Below are positions 11,737-24,300 of a DNA stretch of 44,752 bases, piece by piece. This DNA is from Malacoraja senta. Lineage: Eukaryota. Below the pieces are notes generated by a model. It did no database searches. It was not told where the DNA came from and worked only from the letters and a program-made list of their open reading frames with translations. Position 1 is the first letter of the stretch. Each line of letters opens with the position of its first letter. The stretch is taken from assembly GCA_038087875.1 (NCBI GenBank), contig JAXLNO010001097.1, forward strand, positions 186,001-230,752, written 5' to 3'. A program made the position numbers and the translations under genes.

Positions 11737-12789
11737 GATAGGCACAGGGATAAGTTTCGGTTTATTATTGTCACGTTTAGTTTCGAGGTACAGCATGAAA
11801 ATAGGCCTTTTGGCCCACTGAACCTGTGCTGACTAACGACCACCCAAATATTAGTTCTATCCTACACACTAGGGACAATTTACAGAAGCCAAAAAACGTA
11901 CAAACCTGCACGTCTTTGAATGTGACGGAACTGTAGCACCCGGAGATAACTCACATGGTCACAGAGAGAATATATGAACTCTATATAGACAGCACCCATT
12001 GTCAGGATTGAACTTTGGTCTGTGGTACTGTAAGGCAGCAACTTTCCAGGTAGTTGCATGCTATCCAATTGGATGAGATAACAACATACATATATATGAT
12101 CAAGTCAACTCAAGAACTGAAGGTAGAGCAAAGGGGAAGGTACAGAGTGTGGCATATAGTTCTCAGCAATGTAGCACACCAGTTCCATTAGATAAGGGTT
12201 TTGACACAAGACGTGACACATTCCTTCTCTCCAGAGATGCTGCCTGACCCGTTGAGTTACTCTAGCATTTTGTGTCTATCTGCGGTTTATAACAGCATCT
12301 ACAGTTCCTTCCTGCATAGTTCCATAAACAAAGTCCGCTGTCTGTAATGGGGTAGTGGTCAATTGGACAGTACCCTAGCTTATGGAACGATCATTCAGAA
12401 GCCTGATTTTCTCCTGAGTTATCAAGTAAGCCATTTGGTCCTCTAACCTGCCCACCATTCAATATGACCATGGCTGTCGTTCCTCAGGCATCAACTCCTG
12501 TTCGGTGCCAGTTCCTCATTGCACTCAATTCTCCAATCTTTCAAAAGTTTAACTACCGCCATATTAAATGCTTCCAATGATTTTGTCTTCACAAATCTCT
12601 GGCGCCAGAGAATGACCACACTCTGCAAAAAGAGATTTTGTAAACAAATGACTGGTCTCTTTTATCTCTTATTGAAGAGGAGTGAAAATACTGCCAATTT
12701 TAAGCTTGTCCCCTCCCCAATTGGCCCTCATTTCATAACTTGTCAATTATTCATTATTGTCAATAATGTGCCCTAGTGAAAAGATTTAC

Positions 12790-13150
12790 TGTTGGTATTA
12801 GTTTATTATTGTCACGTGAACTGAGATATAGTCAAAAGTTTGTCTGTGTGTTATCCAATCAGATCATACTTCACATGTGCAATCAAGCCATCCACAAGTA
12901 GATCAGTGCAAAGAGCAAAAATATTCAGAGTGCAGAATATCGGGTTACAATATCATAGCATTACAGTTGCAGAGAAAGTGCAGATCAAAAAGAGTAGCAA
13001 GGATCACAATGAGATTGGTTGGAAGATCAGGGCAACATCTTATCTTACATGAGAACCATTCAGTAGTCCAATAACAGCGGGGAAGAAGCTGTTCCTGAAT
13101 TTAATGGTACGTACTTCCAAACTTTCTTGTGTACTGTCTTAACAGGGAGC
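12790..13150 (-). mobile_element. Rex1/L2-type LINE 3' end fragment
   Basis: Minus strand ends in ...GTGACAATAATAAAC and contains TTCAGGAACAGCTTCTTCCCC, a recurrent Rex1-like 3' motif. Confidence 0.55.
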
Positions 13151-13313
13151 GTGCGATCCCTTTTAAACCACGTGTTTGGGTGATGGGACGAAAGAGGCAA
13201 AATGGGGCAGATGCGGACAGTAACTTGGTGGTTGTAGTAGATTGAAGAATATTTTGTGATGGGTGACTGCACGTTTTACTGAAGATGAAAATAACCAACT
13301 TACTGTCTTGTAG

Positions 13314-13580
13314 TTTCCCCTGAGGTCACTCTCGCTGCCCGCCCTGATGATCATTCAGTCCTGTACTGCACTGTGTTTGGATTTTACCCACCGGCCATCA
13401 AAGTCAGCTGGTTGCAGAATGGTCAACATGTCTCTGAGACCAAATCTTCTGGGGTCATACCCAACAACGATGGAACATATCATCTAAGGTCTGTCCTTGA
13501 GTATGATCCGTATGATGGGAAACAGTATTCCTGTCATGTCGATCACAGCAGCCTGCCTGGTGGGAAGACCATCATCTGGG
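13314..13580 (+). CDS. MHC class I-like alpha3 (Ig C1) exon, intact, 267 nt, phase 1/1
   Basis: TTGTAG acceptor and GTAAG donor. Reads VSPEVTLAARPDDHSVLYCTVFGFYPPAIKVSWLQNG...IPNNDGTYHLRSVL...YSCHVDHSSLPGGKTIIW. The PxxDGT motif is class I type, not the class II beta DWTF. Confidence 0.95.
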
Positions 13581-13655
13581 GTAAGAACGTTAAATATTCT
13601 TTCATAGATAATCATTATCTTCTGTTGTTTCCATTTTAATCATTGTGACTACATC

Positions 13656-14698
13656 TAGGTATGTTACAAAACTTACCTTCAGCGGCGCTGCAGTTCTGTC
13701 ACTGCCCGTGTGCGCGACTTTGGCGCCTTTGAGAGGGGGGCGGGTTTAAAATGCGATATTTCGGCAGCCTGTTCTAAACGATCTTGAACAGGCTAAATAG
13801 TTGATGAAGAAAAATTGCTTTGACTGCGTTTTATTAAGTTTATTAATATTAGCGCTTTATAATTTAATTGGTGGAGTAAAATTAAAATCATCTTCAAATG
13901 CCGTAAACGCCGACAACGGGGACGGATTTCACGCACGGGACAAGGCAAGGTACACCATTTATTTTTTCATATAAACTTGCTTCTTAGGATGCCTTTAATA
14001 AAAATGTCAAGTTGCGAAAATGTGATTATTTAAATATACCAACCGGCAGTATTTTTCCTGCCGATATTGGGGTTTAATTCAGTGCAACCGCAGCGTTCCA
14101 AACCAGCGCGTTCCACAAAATCCCACTCGCAAGATGATTTAAATGGCCATTAATTTACAGGAATTAAACACTAAATTCCTTCCATTTGGCCTATAAATTA
14201 ATGACAATGAGATTTAAAAATCATGTTATATTGTGAATTCTTGTGTGAATGTTATTTGGACACTTAGGCTTTTTAAAAATGTTAACTTTTTCTTAAGAAA
14301 TGGATAGATATTTAGATCTAGTAATTGAATTTTGTAATTAGCTACAATTGGGTAACTAACTAATTATATGCTTTAATTTCAGGTCATCCAAGTAAGATTG
14401 TTTCATATTTGTTTCAGAATGCTTCAATCTATAATAACTGAAAATGTCATTAAGTTCTCTTAATTTTTAAGAAAGTTATGGGCTTTTGACTGTCCTTGAT
14501 CACAGCTTTTGTGTTAAGTCAATGGAAAAGCAATAGGGAACAAGATGCTAATTTCCGAGTATGAAAATGGCCAAACTTTTTTAATACAGAAGATATGAAA
14601 GTGGATTAGGTGTCAAATTAAACTTCTTTTTATGCTTTATCTGATGGGATAAATTGCAGACTTGATTTTTTAAATCTCAAAATTTTGTGACATTGCTA
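13656..14698. mobile_element. Non-autonomous DNA transposon (1043 bp), Academ-like
   Basis: Imperfect TIRs TAGGTATGTTACAAAA / TAGCAATGTCACAAAA (13/16 identical), TAG...CTA termini, flanked by CATC at 13652-13655 and 14699-14702. Confidence 0.7.
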
Positions 14699-14989
14699 CA
14701 TCGCATGTAGTACATCCCATATTCCAAGATGCTTAAACTTTCTTTGTTTAGTGGTGTTGCTCTAAGTAATCACGTAATCAGCACCCACTCTCCACATGAG
14801 CAGAAGACTTTGTCAACAGAAAATGTATTAAAAGTAAGTAAATAAATAACTAATATACAAGGAAGGAGTAGTTGGGATTCTCAGTGGTGGAACTGATATC
14901 CATGAAAGGTATGTTTAAATATAAAATGAATCTTTCCTCATGATGTGATTAACAGCAAGGCACTGGGGGAGTACATGCCCCAATCTGAA

Positions 14990-15690
14990 TCAATAGTCTG
15001 AAGTGGAAATGATTGAGAGCTTCGTGTTCCTTGGCATGAATTTATCCAATATTCGGTCATGGACTGACCACATAGCCAAGGAGGCACACCAACACCTCTA
15101 CTTCCTCAGGAGACTGAGAATATTCATCATGTCTCTGGTGACTCCAGCAAACATCTATAGATGCCGCTAGAGAAAGCATGTTGTTGGGTTGCATCACATC
15201 TTGATTTGGGAACTGCACTGCCCAAGACTGCAAGAATATACAAAGAGTTAAAGATCATCACACAGGCCAGAGTTCCCACTGTTGACCCAATCTACACCAG
15301 GTTGCCTTGGAAAACGAGACTTATCACACCTTTCTCACATTCCTCCTTCCTGCTCCCATCAGGCAATAGGTACTGAAAGTTGAAAATAAGCACTGCCAGA
15401 CTCAGGAACACCCCGTTTCCACCTGTTACCAGGCTTCGGAAGGGTCCTTCCATAATGTAGGTTTAATGCGCGATTCACCTCAACCTCATTGAACATTGAA
15501 CATTGTCCATGGAACTGATGTGTTACAATGCTGAGAACTATATTCTGTACTCTGTATCCTCCTCTTTGCTCTATCTATTGTTTTTGAGTTTTTTATTTAT
15601 CTATAGTATTATCTAATTTGTTTGGATAGCATACAAAACAAACCTTTGCACTGTATCTTGAAAGATCTGACATTAATAAAACTAAACCTA
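14990..15690 (+). mobile_element. Rex1/Babar LINE 3' fragment
   Basis: Degenerate ...KEAHQHLYFLRRLR... followed by the FSLLPSGNRY region and a 3' tail with AATAAA. Confidence 0.75.
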
Positions 15691-16153
15691 ATGAAGTAAG
15701 TTCCCTGACGCAAGTTACAGCTTCAGCAACAACAAATATAACTGCCTGACAAACAGCGATCGTAGTAGTTTGATTCCAGGTATGCTGCACTAACCTACAC
15801 AAATGTTCACTTTTGAAGATTCCCTCGAACAATGCACAACTAAGGAATCTGATGTTTCACTCTGAAGACTGTTGACATACTCCAGAACTTAATTTCCAAC
15901 CTATCTATGTATCATCAGCAATCTAGGCTACAGCACCACCAGGCCCTTCATCTGCTCTTAATACTAACGATAAGTAGTTCACTTTCTTGCATTGATTCCC
16001 ATCCTGCAGTTGCAGTTTCCCAACCTGAACACTCCTTTAAGACTCTGCTTGCTCTTAATTGTTTTTCCATTCATGCTAATTATTACCCCCAATGTCATAA
16101 GCCATGTGCCTTTGCATCACTTGATCAGATATCTTATGAAAATCCAGATATTG

Positions 16154-16172
16154 TGGCGACATCTGGTGGTCA
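16154..16172 (-). promoter_or_regulatory. Candidate CTCF site
   Basis: Minus strand TGACCACCAGATGTCGCCA has one mismatch to the CCASYAGRKGGCRS core and lies in apparently non-repeat intron sequence. Confidence 0.3.
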
Positions 16173-16554
16173 GGCCACTTATTGCTAGAACCCTCGTCAG
16201 GGGAGCTGGGACTATCACATGACAGGGTTTTGGTGGGAGTTGGTGATGAATCAGTCGCCAGTCAACTGGTGTGCCCGATTACAACGGCAGGAACTTTGCT
16301 CAAGTCCTTACTAAACACGAGTGTGCCAAAACTGTATTTCTTTAAAAAAACATTGATTTGTTCACGAAGCTTGGATCTCTACAATATATTGTATTTCTTT
16401 TGTTTCTCATTCCAATTTTGTTACCTATTCTGCTTTTCCATCATTTTGTTTTTGAATTTTAGGCTGTGCACACCTGCAAACTACTGCTGCTCAAATATAC
16501 ATTGTCTACGGGTTCCTGTTGCATTTTCAAAGAATTCTAATCAATTTCTCAAAC

Positions 16555-16795
16555 AAAGTTTGAAGAAGGGTCCGTAAACGAAATGTCACCTGTCCATGTG
16601 TAGGGAGAAACTGCAAATGCTGGTTTACACTGAAGATGGACACAAATTGCTGGAATAACTCAGCTGGTCAGGCAGCATCTCTGGAGAAAAAGAATAGATG
16701 ATGTTTCGGGTCACGATCCTTCTGAATGAGTCCATGTTCGCCAGATATGTTGCCTATTCCGCTGAGTTACTCCAGCATTTTGTGTCTATCATGTA
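16555..16795. repeat. Penelope pLTR-derived short repeats with decayed hammerhead motifs
   Basis: Inverted pair of GCTGGAGTAACTCAGC...GGCAGCATC modules; similar modules at about 12200-12320, 17185-17290 and 18875-18950. Confidence 0.65.
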
Positions 16796-17369
16796 TATTC
16801 TTTCCACTGACTGGTTAGCACGTAACACATGCTTTTCACTGTACCTCAGTACTCGTGACCATAAACTAAACTAAAGCTTTTGTGTAAATCAGTATCTGCA
16901 TCTCTTTCTTTCTACAATGTTCCTGTTAATGCCCTATTAATGCACTTTATTGTTTTGTTATTACTCAAATGTTCTGCCATTATTGAAAGGAATCCAGCAT
17001 TTTCTCCTAAACAGATGTTAGTTTATATAGGGTTAAAGCTTTCTGCTTTCAATTCGCCTTCTTTCATGAATTAAGTTGTGGCTGTGATGGTGCCACAGAT
17101 CATAGAGTTGTACAGAACAGATATTGTCCCTTTGCCATGCTGCAGATCTCCGTGATTCAAAACAACATATTTATATATGTTGAAAAGTGCCAAAGATAGA
17201 CACAAAATGCTGGAGTAACTCAGCAGTCAGGTAGCATCTCTTGAGAAAAGAAATAGGAGGCATTTCGGGTCGAGACCCTTCTTCACCCTGAAGTCTTCAG
17301 ACAGTGCCAATCTATTTAGCTGCACAGCTTAACAAATGATATGTAAAATTATGCATTCTTATTTTTCAG

Positions 17370-17476
17370 AAGGAAATAGGAAGAAAGACAGGCACATAGG
17401 CCTTATTGCCGTGTGTGTGCTGATATTGCTGGCTATTGTCTTGGCAGTAATTGTTTGGTGGAGAAAAAGAGGAGAG
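17370..17476 (+). CDS. MHC class I-like connecting peptide/transmembrane exon
   Basis: TTTTTCAG acceptor and GTAAG donor at 17477. Phase 1 entry matches alpha3. Reads EGNRKKDRHIGLIAVCVLILLAIVLAVIVWWRKRGE, a hydrophobic helix followed by a basic stop-transfer sequence. Confidence 0.85.
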
Positions 17477-19602
17477 GTAAGATGGAAAAATTGTGATGTA
17501 ATTGTTGCTAGTAAAGGTATTGGGCTTGAAGAAATGATCGATCTCAAGTAGGATAAGGCAGCAGCTACACTTCAAATGCTTCGACAGTCACCACTGTCAA
17601 CTAGCCTTTGTGCTGTTGTTAAATGTTTCTGATGATCAGATATTTGAAAATTGTGAATTCAGTGTAAGAAAAAAAGTTAAACATTATGGATTCACTGCAC
17701 CAAATCCTAGAGATATCATTGAGTCATTAAAAAGTACAGCATGGAAGCAGTCCTTTCAGCCCACCGTGTCCATGCCAACCACCAACCACCTGTTCTCATG
17801 AATTCTATCTCATTGCACCTTCTCATCCAGTCACCCACCCACTAGGGGCAATTTACAGTGGCCAATTAAACTATAAACTGACACATCTTAGGATGTGTGA
17901 GGAAACCGGAGCCCCTGGAGGGATCCAATGCGGTTACACGGAGAACGTGCAAACTCCACATAGATGGCACTCAAGGTCAAAATTGAACCCGGGTCTGGTC
18001 GCAGTGAGGCAGCAGCTCTACGAGTTGTGACACTGTGCTGCTCTGTTGGGGGCTCGCACTGTTCATGATCCAAGTCAGTTACGAGGCAGATTGGTTGCAG
18101 TTTAACATTTACTAGTTTTGTTTAGTTTAATTTAGAGATACAGTGACGAAACAGGCCCTTCGGCCCATCGAGTCTGCGCTGACCAGTGATCCCCGCACAT
18201 TAACACTATCCTATACACACACACACACCATGCCAATTAACCTACATACCTGTACGTCTTTGGAGTGTGGGAGGAAACCTTAGATCTCGGAGAAAACACA
18301 CGCGGTCATGGGGAGAACGTACAAACTCTGTACAGACAGCATCAGTAGTCGGGATCAAATCCGGGTCTCCGGTGCTGCAAGCGCTGTAAGGCAGCAACTC
18401 TACTGCTGCACACAGTAGCCGCCTCCGTGGCCACTGTTGCTGGAAGACTCTATGTTTCTATGACTCAAAATTAAGTGGGAATGTGAGTAGTGGGAGAAAT
18501 GGTTCAAAGTGGAAAGTCGAATGAATGAGCAACAACATGACAGGTGGACTACAATGTGAAACAGGGCAGCACTGAGTCAGAGACCTTAATTAAATACCGA
18601 CATCTGTGGAGTTTGCATGTTGTTCCTGTGACCATGTGCGTTTCCCCAGGTGCTCTGGTTTCCTCCCACATCCCCAAAACATGTTTTGGAGGTTAGTTGT
18701 CCCCTGGATTGTGCATGATACAATGTGGGGAGAGCTGATGAGAATGTAGGACAAATGTAGGATTAGTGTACATGAATGGTTGGTGCAGGTCAGTGGGACA
18801 AAGGCCATGTTTATCTATTTCCATGACTCTTTATGATGTAGATGCTGACTATTTTTGAATTATAAGATTGGAAAAGACTGTGAGGGATGGTGCTAGAGTA
18901 ACTCAGCAGGTCAGGCAACATATAGGTGACATTCTGGTTCGAGACTCTTCAGGCAAATTACAATGGGTATTCCTCCGCTTAAGTCTGATAGTAGTGCACA
19001 GATGCACCTCAACCACTGACGTGCTCAACAAGTGCCCCAATGAGTTGAATTAAAGTATGTTTGGAGTAACATGCAGCAGTCCTTAAAATCTACAATTTCC
19101 TAAATCCCAAGAGAGCTGGATGATCAGGGTTTTAGTGTAAATTCAGTCATCTATATCACTGGTTTCTTGCCTGTGATCACACTGTTGTAAGATATATTCT
19201 GGTGATGAATTGCAGTTCACTTTCCTCTTGTGTAAAGGAGTTATTGTGTTGAATATAACAAGTGGAAGGGAAAGTCAGTGTAGGATTTAGAGTTTGTATG
19301 TAATGCAGCATGGTAGTGCAGCTGGTAGAACTGCTGCCTCACAACACCAGAGACCCAGGTTCCATCTGGACCTCGGGCACTGCCTACGTGGAGTTTGCAC
19401 GTTCTCCTTGTGACTATGTGGGCTTCCTCAGGGAGCTCCGGTTTCCTCCCATATCCCAAAGATGAGCAGGTGTGCAGGTAATCATCCTCGGTAAGTCACC
19501 CTGGTAGTGTAGGGGGTGGATGGGAAATCTATTATGAAAGGGTGATTGCTGGTCAGTATGGATTTGGTGGCACAAATGGCCTGTTTACACACTGTATCAC
19601 TG

Positions 19603-19775
19603 TTTTCAAGAGAGAGTTAGATTTAGCTCTTAGGGCTAAACGAATCAAGGGATATGGGGGAAAAGCCAGATCGGAGTACTAATTTTAGATGATCAGCCAT
19701 GATTGTATTGAATGGCGGTGCTGGCTCAAAGGGCCGAATAGCCTATTCCTGCACCTATTTTTTTATGTTTCTATC
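19603..19775 (+). mobile_element. CR1 3' end
   Basis: GATGATCAGCCATGATTGTATTGAATGGCGGTGCTGGCTCAAAGGGCCGAATAGCCTATTCCTGCACC tail. Confidence 0.8.
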
Positions 19776-20329
19776 TTTCTATTAAATAAACTATATTGGA
19801 AGACAGAAGGTATTGACTGATGCATCTTCACGCCCGCTGTAAATGTCATAAACTGAGAATTGATTGCAAATGTTATACAATATTATAAACTAAACTGGGT
19901 GATCAAAATGTCAAGATGGATGAAGAGCAGAGTTTTCATTGAAATAACAGACGTGCTGCTTGCTCGAGCACTTGGCCTTGGTTGTGTAATATTTCCTCTT
20001 CAAAATACAATGTTCCCTGGCATTGCTGGTCTGAGACACCATTCAGCAAGTATATTTCCTGAAACGGAGGTTCTGCTTTCATGGTATCAAGATGTCTAAC
20101 AGCTCCAGCACCCAGATCAGAACCAAACCATTTCTCACCTTGCCAAAACTAAGAATGCAGCAACAATTTAGTCATTGAACATCAACGACATGCATATTTG
20201 AACTGAGGCAATGGTTAGCTTATTATCACTGGAAACCAGTCATGGTCATGGGTCTGCCATTGTGGTCACTATTAGTGAGGGTGATTAACTATCATTTAGC
20301 AGGGAAACGGAAAAGAATTGGCTTTTCAA

Positions 20330-20875
20330 GCCCACGGAGCCATAGAGTCATACGGCATGGAAATGGGCCCTTTGCCTCAACTTGGCCATGTCAACCAAGA
20401 TGCCATGTTTGAACTACTACTTTCCTGCAATTGACCCATATCTCACTGAACCTTTCCTATCTACAGTATGTACCTGTCCAAGTGTGTTCTAAAATGTTTT
20501 TTAATACCTGCCTCAACTCCTTCCCCTGGAATGTTCTTCCATATTTCCACTTCCTCTGGTTCCGAGTAACTCGTTTCCTTCTCACCTTAAACCTAAGTCC
20601 TCTGGTTCTTGATTACATAAGGCTGGTTAAAAGATTCTGTGCATTCAATCTATCTATGCTCCTTGATTTTATAAACTTCTATAAGATCACCCCTCAGCCT
20701 CTTGCGTGCCAAGGACTAAAGTCCAAGCATTCTCATCCTCTCCCTGAATCACAGGCCCTGTTAATGACATCCTTCCGATAGTGGAGTGACCAAAACTTAA
20801 CACAATACTCCAAATGTGACCTCACCAACATCTTGTACAACTGTAGCAGAACATCCCAACTTTTTTATTCAGTAC
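20330..20875 (-). mobile_element. CR1 3' fragment
   Basis: Typical CR1 tail and RT C-terminal remnants on the minus strand. Confidence 0.7.
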
Positions 20876-21358
20876 CTTTCTTTTAAAATCTTTTTATTGT
20901 TTTTTTTCCAACAAGCAAAAACAAAAATGAAACATAAAAAACAGAGCAAAAAGAATAATGATAAACATAACAATGGTATTGATACATAGGGATCAGGATT
21001 ACATTAATAACAGGTATAAACTAATATGAGACCAGTGTCAAAATACCCAATGAATATAGACCTCTCCGTCTCTATGTAAATATAGTTAAATCTTTAAAAG
21101 GAAACATAAATGTTAAAAAAAAGCAAAGATAAAAAGACAAAAAGAAAAACAAAAAACAAAACCCCCCTAAACTAAAAAAAAAATTAAAAAATTGGATAAT
21201 AATAAAATAAGAATAAAAATAAAATAAATAAATAAAAACAAAACAGAGCAAACCCGAATCTGAACTGAGAAGTTCAACAATTTAAGTCTGTTTGTCGTCA
21301 AGTCCGTTCCACTCTATGAAGGTAAAATATGTTTTATAACGGTTAAAGAGGGAACAAT

Positions 21359-24300
21359 TTATGTTGTATGAAAGTGTTCAATAAATTTTCCCCAAGTCTT
21401 ATCAAATTTAACCAAGGGTTCAACAATGTCACTTCTGATTTTTTCTAAATTTAAACATGATATCGTTTCAGAATACCACTGGAGTGTGGTCGGAGGGTTG
21501 GAATCTTTCCATTTAATGAAAATAAATCTTCTGGCAATTAATGTGGTAAAAGCAATCAACCGATGGGCGGAGTGGGACAAATGAATAGGATCTAACATTG
21601 GTAACCCAAAAATTGCAGTAATAGAATGAGGTTGTAAATCTATACCTAAGACTACCAAAATAGTATCAAAAATATCTTTCCAATATTTTTCCAAAAGAGG
21701 GCAGGACCAAAACATATGGGTCAGTGATGCCACTTCAGAGTTACATCTGTCACAGGTAGGATTTATATGACCATAAAAACGAGCTAACTTATCTTTTGAC
21801 ATATGAGCTCTGTGAACCACCTTGAATTGTATCAAAGTGTGTCTTGCACACATTGAAGAGGTATTAACTAATTGAAGGATCCTCTCCCATTTCTCTATAG
21901 ATAAAGAAATTTGGAGTTCTCTTTCCCAGTCATTCTTAATTTAATCAAATGTATCTATTTGTAATTTTCAAATCAACTCATGTATAGTCGTTATTAATCC
22001 TTTCTGATAAGGGTTCAACTGTAAAAAAAAATCCAAGATTTTGGGTTGATGTGGTAGCGGAAAAAGGGGTAGTTCCTTTTGTCTAATTTGTAAATATCTA
22101 AAAAAGTGTGAATTAGGTAAGTTATTGGAGAGTTGTTCGAAAGACATAAAACAACACTCCAAAAACAAATCACGAAAAGCTACTAATCCCTTCCTCTTCC
22201 ATAACAAAAAAACTTGATCAGTACTAGATGGTTGGAAGAGAAATTTGGATAAAATCAGATAGTCCAAAAAACTTATGAAATTGAAACCGTATTCGGAACA
22301 TATGTCTTATTATTGGGTTCATCATATATTTATTCAATCTCGTAATTGTAAAAGGTAACGAGGTCCCTAGAATAGAAGCCAATTATAGCCCTTGTAAGGA
22401 ATCACGTTCTAGGTTTATCCATCCAGGGCATTGGGTATCTTCTAAATCTTTTGTCCAAAATGTTAAATAACGAACATTGACTGCCCAATAGTAGAGTCTA
22501 AGGTTCGGCAATGCCAAACCACCAACTTTTTTTGATTTCTGTAGGTATTTTTTACCTAGTCTGGCATTTTTATTCTGCCATATGTATGAAGAAATTTTAG
22601 TCTATAATATCAAAGAAAGGTTTGGCAATAAAAATTGGTATCGTCTGAAATAAATACAGCAATTTAGGTAAAATGAACATTTTAATAGCATTGATTCGGC
22701 CAATTAAGGATAAGGACATTGGTGACCATTTAGTGAACTGATGTTTAATATGGTCAATTAAAGGAATAAAATTAGCTTTAAATAAATCCTTGTGTTTCTT
22801 GGTGATCTTAATACCTAAATAAGTAAAACTTTCGGTAGTCAATCTAAATGGAAACTGTCCATAACTCGAAACAAAATTATATAATGGGAAAGCTCACTCT
22901 TACTAAGATTTAGTTTATAACCAGAAAAACTACTGAATTGATTAAGTAATGCTACTATTGCCGGAATAAATTTCTCAGGGTTAGAAATAAATAATAACAG
23001 ATCATCTGCATAAAGAGATAGCTTGTGTGTCTTATTCCCGCGGACAATACCAAAAATATTAGGGGATTCCCTAATAGCAGTGGCTAAAGTTTCCAAAGCA
23101 ATATCAAATAGTAAAGGACTTAAGGGACAGCCCTGTCTAGTACCTTGAAAGAGCCTGAAAAAAGGGGATCTCTGATTATTAGTAAATACAGAAGCATGAG
23201 GTATAAGATATATCAGTTTGATCCAAGAGATAAATTTTGGACCAATCTTAACTTTTTCAAGTATATTGAATAAGTATTCCATTCTACTCTATCAATAGCC
23301 TTCTCGGCATCAAGTGAGATGACACTTTCTGGGGTTTTATTAGACGCTGTATATACAATATTTATTAATCTCGTAACATTAAAGAATGAGTAACGATTTT
23401 TAATAAAACCTGTCTGATCTTCAGAGATAATTTGCGGTAAAATCTTTTCCAATCTCATAGCTAATATTTTGGAAAGAATTTTAAAATCTACTTTTAACAG
23501 TGATATAGGTCTATATGATGTCACTTCAGTAGGGGCTTTATCTTTTTTTTTAATTAAAGAAATAGATGCTTCATAAAAAGATTGTGGTAATCTATTCCTT
23601 AAAAAGGCTTCTTTAAATACCTTGCATAGCCATGGAGACAATAAATTTGAGAAATGCTTTAAAAATTCTACTGTAAACCCATCTGAACCGGGAGCTTTAC
23701 CAGAATTCATTGAAAAAATTGCTTTCTGTATTTCTTCCGTGATGGGTTCATCTAACAACAGAGACTCATTGTATGGTAAATTTGGTAAGTTCAGTTTCTT
23801 TAAAAACTCATGCATTATATTGGAATCAGTAGGAAAATCTGATTGGTATAGGGAGGTATAAAACTCCTGAAAGGATTTATTAAGTTCGTCATGGTCTACA
23901 GTTACTGTACCATCCCGTTTACACACTTTTGTAATCTGACGCTTGGCCAACACTGCTTCAATTGATTAGCAAGTAATTTACCAGATTTTTCGCCATTTAT
24001 ATAAAATTGAGTTTTGGTTTTAAGTAACTGGTTCTCAATCGGTGATACTAATAACAAATCATATCTCAATTGAAGTTCAACTCTATTCTTATAGAGCTCT
24101 AAACTAGGAGCTTTTGAATATTTTGTATCAATTTCTTTAATCTCGTCAGCCAATGTGCGTATTTCTTTTTGTGTTTGTTTTTTTAATCCCGCGGAGTATG
24201 AAATAATTTGTCCACGAATATATGCCTTAAAAGCATCCCAAACTATACCATTGGATATCTCTTCATTAGAATTTGTCAAGAAGGCTCCAATACCAACTAT

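Noticed and set aside
16182-16577. 131-aa ORF
   Set aside because: It uses a non-ATG start, its hydrophobic part comes from T-rich intronic sequence, and it has no splice or domain support.
6348-17476. Class II beta or W-category beta chain identity for the + strand gene
   Set aside because: The Ig domain has DGTY rather than DWTF, and the TM lacks the spaced glycine pattern of class II-type chains. W-category is not formally excluded until the upstream exon is seen.
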